Source: a virus. From it: a stretch of 64,000 nt of DNA. The notes beneath the pieces are model-generated. The model did no database searches. It was not told the origin of the DNA and saw nothing but the letters and a program-made list of their open reading frames with translations. The position numbers and the translations under genes are program-made. The stretch is from the IMG/VR virus record IMGVR_UViG_3300032323_000630, positions 7,279-71,278 of that record. One strand, given 5' to 3'. Each line of letters begins with the position of its first letter. Positions within the stretch are counted from its first letter, which is position 1. This document shows, one piece after another, positions 50,621 to 57,685 of this stretch.

Positions 50621-51000
50621 AGCGGTTTTTTGGCTGGCGCAGGCCCAAGTTCGTGCGCTCTATACCTGGTCTACGTGTACTCAGGGACGGAAATCCATGC
50701 CGCAATGGTACTCAGCAACTACCCATTTGGATGAAGATCACTTATAAGACCTGTGATTTTGCTGTTTGAAAAGGAATAAAAGGGCAAAAAGAAGGGAGAG
50801 AAACCCTTAGGTTATTGCGTATGTTAGCGTATGCGTAATAATCCACCGTCATATTGACTGAGCTCGTGGTACCGGATGACCGCCACTGTAATGCTTTAAC
50901 GCTAGGTGTACTGTGCAACTCGCATAATGTTACATTCTTAACCCGTGTCTGGGTTAAGTGTGACTGAACAATCTGCATAATGCTAAAATGCTTCGCATTT
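50618..51000 (+). ncRNA. Candidate large structured non-coding RNA, family not recognised
   Basis: Only long ORF-free gap in the window. At least eight stem-loops, several of which depend on G-U pairs on the + strand (e.g. the 15-bp stem 50810-50843 and the stem 50929-50964). Confidence 0.55.
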
Positions 51001-51065
51001 ATAGTTCTTCACAACTTCGATATAATCCTAAGAAAGAAAAATGCTTTGAGCGATAGCGAAAAAGC

Positions 51066-51087
51066 AAATGAGCGTAAGCTCATTTTT
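51066..51087 (+). terminator. Intrinsic terminator-like hairpin AAATGAGC-GTAA-GCTCATTT followed by TT
   Basis: Perfect 8-bp stem with a GNRA loop and a T-run at the end of the non-coding region. Confidence 0.55.
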
Positions 51088-51095
51088 AATAAATA
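51088..51095 (+). promoter_or_regulatory. Putative late promoter AATAAATA
   Basis: 24 nt upstream of the ATG at 51120. Confidence 0.6.
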
Positions 51096-51119
51096 ACACA
51101 ATACATCATCGGGTCACAA

Positions 51120-52538
51120 ATGCGCATCGAACAATTATTAGAACAAAACAAATATAATTCACAAATGATCCTTAAAGAGTCTTGTGATGGGCTCACTACT
51201 GAACAACGAGTTATCGTAGAAGGCATTCATAATGAGTTATCACCTTTGTTAGAAGTGGCTCTAAGTGCTGATCAAATTAAAAACATCTTTCAATCTGTTG
51301 AAAAGAATGCTACCGCAGCTGGTGGTAATAGGACAGGATTAGGCCAAGGTGTAGATACAGTTCGACAAGTTGATACTGCGCTGAATAAGCTGGGCAAATG
51401 GCTGCAAGATACTTCTCCAGTTAAATCATTCGACACCAAGTTTGCACAATTAAAATCCAAAGTAGGTAAAAAGTTTCCGGAACTAGATAAAAAGCTCACA
51501 GGTATGGGCACATGGGCCAAGTCTAATCCAGGTAAGACCGCAGCAGTTATCGGTATACTTACTACACTGGCAGCTCTAGCAGGCGGTCCAGTTGGTGGTG
51601 CTATTGCTGGTCAGATTCTAAAAGGTTCCACAGAACTACTCAAAGGTGAAAAATTATCCACAGCAGTGGGCAAGGGTATGAAAGCTGCTGCCTACGGTTT
51701 CCTTGCAGGTAAATCACTGGAAGCCATTGGCGATATATTCAAAAGCGGACTAGAGTTTGTGGCAAATAAAATGTATCCAGGAGTAGTTAACTCAACCATG
51801 ATACACAACAATCAAGTGTTATGGAATGTTGACCTAGCTGCGCCGGATGCTGAAAAATTAAAAGTGTTGACGGATGCTTCTTCTAAAGCAATGTTTAACA
51901 ATGATCCCGATTATATAAACTTACTGAACAAAGCTTCAAAATTTGTCAGTGACACAGTAAACAAACCGGGCTACTATGATAAACTGGTCACTGACACTGC
52001 CGCAGCAGAAAAATTACTGTCAGCAGGTAATGCTGCTGCCACAGCCATACAGGGCTTTGGTGCTGCTGCTCAAGGAGCAGTTACAGCCAAGACTGGTGAG
52101 AAAAAAGAAAGTTATTATGTACAGGCTCGTTCACTAAGTGAAGGGCAGGTCTACATGTTGTTTAACAGAATTGAACAACTGAACGAAGGACCCGTGTGGG
52201 ACAAAGTTAAATCAGGTGCAGGTAAATTGGCTGCTGCTGCTAGTCAAAAGATTAGCACTGTGGGCACTAACCTAACAACAAAAATAACTGCTGATAAATT
52301 AAACTCAGCGTGGTCTAAAGCTGGAAGTCCTACAGATTCAGCAGCACTGGCTAAGTTTTTAAAAAGCCAAGGGGTTGACGATGCTGTGATATCGCAGACA
52401 TTCAAAGCAATGAAATTGAAAGTAGGTGACGCTGCTCAAACGGGCTATGCACAGGTAAGGTCACAACTGACACAGTTAAATACAAAACAGAAAAGACAAT
52501 TGGCAGCATATTTGCAAAAACAATTAGGAACCGCATAA
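51120..52538 (+). CDS. Putative internal head/ejection protein
   Basis: Late promoter, N-terminal MRIEQLLE, Ala/Gly/Lys-rich helices, hydrophobic segment AAVIGILTTLAALAGG and internal L.E sites. Confidence 0.5.
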   Translation: MRIEQLLEQNKYNSQMILKESCDGLTTEQRVIVEGIHNELSPLLEVALSADQIKNIFQSVEKNATAAGGNRTGLGQGVDTVRQVDTALNKLGKWLQDTSPVKSFDTKFAQLKSKVGKKFPELDKKLTGMGTWAKSNPGKTAAVIGILTTLAALAGGPVGGAIAGQILKGSTELLKGEKLSTAVGKGMKAAAYGFLAGKSLEAIGDIFKSGLEFVANKMYPGVVNSTMIHNNQVLWNVDLAAPDAEKLKVLTDASSKAMFNNDPDYINLLNKASKFVSDTVNKPGYYDKLVTDTAAAEKLLSAGNAAATAIQGFGAAAQGAVTAKTGEKKESYYVQARSLSEGQVYMLFNRIEQLNEGPVWDKVKSGAGKLAAAASQKISTVGTNLTTKITADKLNSAWSKAGSPTDSAALAKFLKSQGVDDAVISQTFKAMKLKVGDAAQTGYAQVRSQLTQLNTKQKRQLAAYLQKQLGTA

Positions 52539-53470
52539 TGAGAATTAATGAAATACTGGTAGAGTCAACCTTAGAAGAAGGCCCAATCTTAAACAAAATT
52601 GGCTCAGGCATTGGCAAAGCAGCAGGTACTGTGGCCAAGGGGGTTGGCGCGGTTGCAGGCGGTATTGCAGGTATACCTGGAGCAGTTAAAAAAGGATTTC
52701 AAGCAGGTAAGTCTACTGTAGCAGGCGGAGGTGACACAGATGCAGGCGGACAAGCAGCGCCAGCAGCATCGGGCGGAGCAGCGCCAGCAGCAGGAACTCA
52801 AGCTGCACCAGCTGCTAAACAACCAGGACTGTTGCAAAAAATTGGACAGGCTGCAGGCGATTTCAAAAAAGGATTCCAACAAGGGTCAGGTCAACCAGCT
52901 GAGCCGGCGGCACAAGCTCCAGCTGCAAATACCCAGGCTCCTACAGCAAATACCCAAGCACCGGCCCAGGCTCCGGCAGCAGGTGCACAACAACCAGCAG
53001 CAGCACCAACAGGTACTGCGTATGCCCAAGTTAAAGCCGGCGTCGACAAGTTAGATAAAAAAGGTAAGCAACGCATTCTTCAAGCATTGCAAAAAGAAGT
53101 AGGAACTCCGGCAGCAGCCGCACCTGCTGCCGCACCTGCAACTACTCCTAACCCAGCAGGACTTCAAGCTGGCGGTTCCGCACAAGGACAATCAACTGCA
53201 CCTGCAGATCCTAACGCAAATGCAGCACCTCCTGAGCCCGGTGATCAACGTTGGTACAATGACAGAGTTGGGCAATGGGGTTGGAAAGGCGCTAGCGGTG
53301 GATGGTCAGGCGATGAACAAGATATAGCACCAGCGGTTAAACCTAGAACTAAAAAATCAGTAAACATTTCGGGTAGCAAGAAAACTGTGCAACCGCAACA
53401 ACAAGTGGCTAGCAAAGAACCTAAAGGTAATATGGTAGCTGAAAGTTTTAGTATTTTTAGAAAACGATAA
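52538..53470 (+). CDS. Putative internal head protein, Ala/Pro/Gln-rich
   Basis: N-terminal MRINEILVE..LEEG, low-complexity linkers, and modules shared with the upstream ORF. Confidence 0.5.
   Translation: MRINEILVESTLEEGPILNKIGSGIGKAAGTVAKGVGAVAGGIAGIPGAVKKGFQAGKSTVAGGGDTDAGGQAAPAASGGAAPAAGTQAAPAAKQPGLLQKIGQAAGDFKKGFQQGSGQPAEPAAQAPAANTQAPTANTQAPAQAPAAGAQQPAAAPTGTAYAQVKAGVDKLDKKGKQRILQALQKEVGTPAAAAPAAAPATTPNPAGLQAGGSAQGQSTAPADPNANAAPPEPGDQRWYNDRVGQWGWKGASGGWSGDEQDIAPAVKPRTKKSVNISGSKKTVQPQQQVASKEPKGNMVAESFSIFRKR
52916..52960 (+). repeat. 21-nt imperfect tandem repeat encoding APAANTQ/APTANTQ
   Basis: gctccagctgcaaatacccag followed by gctcctacagcaaatacccaa. Confidence 0.6.
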
Positions 53471-53898
53471 TGAAAATTCGTGACATCATTTTTGAAGCAC
53501 CTGGAAGTTATCAGCAGGCATACGATGCTGCTAAAAATATATTTTCACCTGCTAAAGCAATGACCAACGATCCAGCGTATCAAGCAGGCTATGCTAAAAC
53601 AAAAAACATATTTTCACCTACCAAATGGGGCAAGTCTGCAGCACCAGCAGCAGGTGCAACCGCAACTATGCCAAAGAATTTTGAAATCAAAGATTCTTTA
53701 AATAATGCCGCAGCTGGGAAAGTATATCAAGATGATGTAGCTGTACTACAACAAGTTTATTCTGGAGTTAAATCTGGAAAAATAAAATCAAATGTTGATG
53801 CTGCTACACTGTTACCAGCATTGAAAGCTGCCTATCAAGCACAGCCAATTTCAGACAATTCAAAAAAACTGTTAGCACAGTTTGCACAACAGTTCTAA
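53470..53898 (+). CDS. Putative internal head protein
   Basis: N-terminal MKIRDIIFE and an internal duplication YQ..Y...KNIFSP.K. Confidence 0.5.
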   Translation: MKIRDIIFEAPGSYQQAYDAAKNIFSPAKAMTNDPAYQAGYAKTKNIFSPTKWGKSAAPAAGATATMPKNFEIKDSLNNAAAGKVYQDDVAVLQQVYSGVKSGKIKSNVDAATLLPALKAAYQAQPISDNSKKLLAQFAQQF

Positions 53899-54122
53899 AA
53901 GAAAGGTAATCCGGTTTTCTTAGTGGTTTCGAGATTTTCTTTAACAATCTCGCCGATAATTTCTCGTTCTTCCCAACTTAGATTCATAGCTTCACTGTAA
54001 GAAAGACCTCTCATATACCAACATAATTTCAAAGCATCTTTCTTTATAGCCCTTGCCTCTTTATCCAAGCTATTGGACCACTGTAAGATCTCCGGCAAAG
54101 GTAAATTTAAGATCTTACTGCG
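53895..54122 (-). CDS. C-terminal extension of the tail-assembly chaperone reached by -1 frameshift (or a short stand-alone ORF from TTG 54098)
   Basis: The frame is open back to the slippery site at 54128-54122. No SD precedes the TTG. WYMRGLSYSEAMNL..EER resembles short hub-assembly peptides. Confidence 0.65.
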   Translation of the reverse strand, partial: RSKILNLPLPEILQWSNSLDKEARAIKKDALKLCWYMRGLSYSEAMNLSWEEREIIGEIVKENLETTKKTGLPFF

Positions 54123-54988
54123 AAAAAATTTGATTGGTCCATTGTAACAGGTAAAGAAAATTCTTTTTCACACTCACCACATTTAACATCCTTGGCTCTA
54201 AGTTCTATCTGTTCTCTTAGACCGGTGATGTGTTGTTGGATCTTTTCAAATACATCTTTGGAACAGTTATTGATAAAGTCTTTGATCTGAGCTTTATCTG
54301 TAGAAGCTCCGTTGGGCGTTTCAATTTGTGTGATACAATCTGCAATAATATCTACAGTAAGTTCTGTGATTTTAACAAAGCTCTTGCCAAATCTGTCTAA
54401 TTTCTCTTCATCGCTGATCTGTTCATCATTGATAACTGCAAACAGTCTCTGTTGTTCTAGAGTCTTGATAGAAGTTTTAGTAATTTCTTTATAGTTATAC
54501 GGTCTAATATGTACTGTTAATGGATCAATATCAATGGTGTCAACAAAAGTAAAATTATTAAACAACTGCATCCACTCTAATAAATTGATGTCATAGCTGT
54601 TAGATGCGTTACAATGAGGGCAGTCTGTGCCTACTTCCATGCTTTCACCATATGTAGCTACTCTGATAGCGATTAGACAAAAATCTAGATCGATACTGGG
54701 CATTGCCCATGGATCTTGCATTGCAGGAATACAGCTTTTGATCACTTCAACTGTGCTCTGTCCTGACAGCAACGCATCTGGAGTCTTAAACATGAGCTCA
54801 TCTTTAGCGGTCATTGCATACACAGGATATTCTTCGTTGGCGCTGATGTCTAGTGCGCCTGTTTTGTAAAATTTGCCTTTGGAAGGCAGTTTAACATAAA
54901 TCTTGGGCTGTCTATACCAATTGGCTAATGGATTTTTTTTGGCTGGATTTTGATCCTCTAATCGCAGCTCATTCAAATTTTCACTCAT
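54107..54988 (-). CDS. Baseplate hub/tail assembly chaperone (T4 gp26/gp51-like)
   Basis: VKLPSKG, MTAKDEL, IDLDF.L.AIR..TYGE and two CxxC pairs (CPHC, CGEC). Divergent from the tape measure gene. Confidence 0.75.
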   Translation of the reverse strand: MSENLNELRLEDQNPAKKNPLANWYRQPKIYVKLPSKGKFYKTGALDISANEEYPVYAMTAKDELMFKTPDALLSGQSTVEVIKSCIPAMQDPWAMPSIDLDFCLIAIRVATYGESMEVGTDCPHCNASNSYDINLLEWMQLFNNFTFVDTIDIDPLTVHIRPYNYKEITKTSIKTLEQQRLFAVINDEQISDEEKLDRFGKSFVKITELTVDIIADCITQIETPNGASTDKAQIKDFINNCSKDVFEKIQQHITGLREQIELRAKDVKCGECEKEFSLPVTMDQSNFFAVRS

Positions 54989-54997
54989 TTTTTCTCC

Positions 54998-55028
54998 AAT
55001 AAATACTATTAGTGTAAAAGTATTTATA
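54998..55028. promoter_or_regulatory. Face-to-face late promoters: AATAAATA (+, 54998-55005) and TATAAATA (-, 55021-55028)
   Basis: Both boxes lie in the 65-nt divergent gap and form the inverted repeat TAAATACT/AGTATTTA. Confidence 0.65.
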
Positions 55029-55053
55029 TGCGCATTTTACCAGGAAAAAATTA

Positions 55054-57672
55054 ATGGCATCAGTATTCATAGACATTCCCGGCGTCGGTAACGTAGAAGC
55101 TAAAAACGCAGCTACAGAATCTACTCTTAGAGAACTAGTTAACATCATGAAAGGTGTTCAACAAAACACCAAAAATAAATCAGGCCCAGGTCCTGGTGGG
55201 GCGGGTGGTTCCGCTGATGATGCCAAAGGTCCGGCACAAAAACTAACATCAATGGCAGGGCGTGCCGGAGACAGTCTAGGAAAATTTTACAAATCAGTTA
55301 CGCCTGCAATTGGTGCAGTAGCAGGATTTACTGATGGGTTAGTTAACACCATACAGGCATTCTCTAATGTAGGCGACAGTGTAGAACGAGCTGCTAGTAT
55401 ATTCAGTGGTATCCCAATAGTAGGTACTATATTCACAGCAGTAGCAGGTGCAGCACAAAAAGTCACAGATTCGTATCTTTCAGTTACAAAGTCAGGTGCT
55501 ACTTTTGGCGGTAGTATAAACAATTTTGCTGCATCAGCTAGTGCTGCCGGTATGACTATGGACAAGTTTGGCGCTATGATATCTCGCAATGGCGCAGGTA
55601 TGTTAGGGCTAGCATCTAATACAGAAGAAGGTGCTAAAAGATTTGCGCAGATTTCAAAGGCATTAAGAACTTCTAGTGGTGATCTATATGCCTTGGGATA
55701 TTCAACTGAAGACATCAATCAAGGATTGGCCACATACAGTGCTAATCTTAGACAACAAGGACTCCAAGGTAAAAAATCAAATGCTGAACTGGCCGCTGGT
55801 GCAAAAAGTTATCTAAAAGAAATAGACATGTTAGCTAAGATTACTGGTGAAGAACGATCAGCCAAAGAATCACAGATGAAAGCACTGCTAGCAGATGCAC
55901 AGTTTAACGCAGCGATGGCTGGTAAAGATGAACTTGTTCGTAAAGATTTTGCAAACTTTGTAGGCGGCTTTGGTCCTAAGATGGGAGGGTTTGTAAAAGA
56001 TTTTATTGCCACAGGAACCACAACCACTGAAGCTAATGCTAAAATAGCTGCAATGTTAGGTACCGATGTGATGAATCAACTTACAGGCATCAGACAGAAG
56101 ATGTTGCGTAACGAAAGGCTAACAGATGAAGAACAAGATCTCATAAAGAAAACAGCTAAAAAGGTATCTGAAACACAGATGATACAGTCAGGCGGTGCAC
56201 TAGCAGCAAGTCGAGACATGGACGATGCTACTGGCGCGATGGTAGAAAACATGGGTTACACTGACGATGCACATGCAGAAGCTAGAAAATCTCAAGACAA
56301 AGCCACGGCTGGTACTGATTTGATGAATGAAAAAATGCAGAAGGCGCAGCAGATGCTAGCAGGCTTCAGTAACAGTTTCCAAATGGCTTTAGCCAACAGT
56401 GGTATGTTAGATCTAATGTTGAAAGCATTCCAGTTTGTAGCAGGCTTTGTACAGACGTTCCTAGTACCAGCATTTCAAATATTGTCAACTATTATCACAG
56501 GTATTAGCAGCATAGTTACAGAATATCTGTATCCTGCATTTGTACATATTGCAGATTATATAGCACAATCAGTTCAGCCGATATTCCAAGCTATGGGTGA
56601 GTTTATTGATACTTCGGTAACTCCTGTATTTAAATCCATGGGGGAATTTGTTGATGCTGAACTAATGCCAATATTCCGAGCTATGGGAGAGTTCATAGAT
56701 AAAAATCTTTCTACTATCCTGGACGGACTAGGCATAGCACTGGCAGTGTTAGCAGGTCGGTATCTCATACAAAACGGACTTGAATTAGTCAGAACTGGAA
56801 TCACAGTTGCAGGTAACATCGCAATGGGACTCTGGAATCTTGCAGTAGGGGCAGGAGCAGCCGCAATGGCTCTGTTAACTAGTCCTGTATTCTTAGTCAT
56901 AGCAGGAATCACAGCACTATGGTTGATCTTTAAGAAACTGGGCGGCGATACAAAGATTGTTGGAGACATGTTCTCATGGATGGGTCTCAAAATGAAGGAT
57001 TGGTGGCTACAATTAAAAGAAGGTTTATTCTCACTGCTGAATAAGATACCAGGCATGCGTGGTGATTTTGATGAAGACCTAAAAGAAATAGCAACCGAAA
57101 GAGAAAAAAATGCAGAAGAACGCAGTCAACTTGAACAGGGTATTGTAAAACGAGCTGCTGAAAATCGAGCAGAATTAGACAAAAAGCAAACACTTGAGCA
57201 AGCAGCTAGACATCAGCGTGTAGATAAAAAACTATTAGATCAAAAAGAATCTGCTAACGCTCAACAGAAGGCAGCACTAGATGCCAAACGTAATCTTGAT
57301 GATTCAGAAACAAATCTGCTGGTAGATGAAGCTACACGTCAAAAGAGCGCATACATCAAAGACAAGCCGTCAACATCAGTGGCCACTGCTGAAGCAACCA
57401 AAGCCAGCATAGTTACAGAAGCTGAACAAAAACGAGCAGCCGCAGAAGCTCCAGCCAAAAAAACAGAAGAAGAAAAGAAAGCTGAAGAATCCAAAAAAGA
57501 AAGCGGAAAAGGACCAGGCCCGTCTACTCAAGATTCCCCTGCAACATTGCTCGCCAGCTTAAATACTAAGATGGATCAATTGATAAAACATGCAGCCGTA
57601 ACGCAATCAAATACATATGAAACATATAGAGCAACAAATGGGTTGTCAGGCAATCTTTATAAGTCTGTTTAA
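55054..57672 (+). CDS. Tail tape measure protein (gp29-like)
   Basis: 872-aa Ala/Gly-rich helical protein with amphipathic repeats, hydrophobic segments and C-terminal LASLNTKMDQLI. Adjacent to the chaperone gene. Confidence 0.75.
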   Translation: MASVFIDIPGVGNVEAKNAATESTLRELVNIMKGVQQNTKNKSGPGPGGAGGSADDAKGPAQKLTSMAGRAGDSLGKFYKSVTPAIGAVAGFTDGLVNTIQAFSNVGDSVERAASIFSGIPIVGTIFTAVAGAAQKVTDSYLSVTKSGATFGGSINNFAASASAAGMTMDKFGAMISRNGAGMLGLASNTEEGAKRFAQISKALRTSSGDLYALGYSTEDINQGLATYSANLRQQGLQGKKSNAELAAGAKSYLKEIDMLAKITGEERSAKESQMKALLADAQFNAAMAGKDELVRKDFANFVGGFGPKMGGFVKDFIATGTTTTEANAKIAAMLGTDVMNQLTGIRQKMLRNERLTDEEQDLIKKTAKKVSETQMIQSGGALAASRDMDDATGAMVENMGYTDDAHAEARKSQDKATAGTDLMNEKMQKAQQMLAGFSNSFQMALANSGMLDLMLKAFQFVAGFVQTFLVPAFQILSTIITGISSIVTEYLYPAFVHIADYIAQSVQPIFQAMGEFIDTSVTPVFKSMGEFVDAELMPIFRAMGEFIDKNLSTILDGLGIALAVLAGRYLIQNGLELVRTGITVAGNIAMGLWNLAVGAGAAAMALLTSPVFLVIAGITALWLIFKKLGGDTKIVGDMFSWMGLKMKDWWLQLKEGLFSLLNKIPGMRGDFDEDLKEIATEREKNAEERSQLEQGIVKRAAENRAELDKKQTLEQAARHQRVDKKLLDQKESANAQQKAALDAKRNLDDSETNLLVDEATRQKSAYIKDKPSTSVATAEATKASIVTEAEQKRAAAEAPAKKTEEEKKAEESKKESGKGPGPSTQDSPATLLASLNTKMDQLIKHAAVTQSNTYETYRATNGLSGNLYKSV
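56527..56706 (+). repeat. Four 45-nt (15-aa) degenerate repeats within the tape measure gene
   Basis: LYPAFVHIADYIAQS / VQPIFQAMGEFIDTS / VTPVFKSMGEFVDAE / LMPIFRAMGEFIDKN. Confidence 0.75.
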
Positions 57673-57685
57673 TTAGGATAACAGG

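Noticed and set aside
50742-50978. 78-aa minus-strand ORF in the non-coding gap
   Set aside because: No RBS or recognisable motif, it opposes local transcription, and the region is better explained by base-paired structure.
50620-51000. RNase P RNA, tmRNA or group II intron identity for the structured region
   Set aside because: GGAAATCCATGC loosely recalls RNase P CR-I, but no matching CR-V partner is visible. There are no tRNA-like ends and no domain-V hairpin.
50186-51090. Group I intron carrying the GIY-YIG ORF
   Set aside because: No interrupted host gene flanks it, and I found no convincing P7 (GACUA/UAGUC) pairing. A covariance search is still worthwhile.
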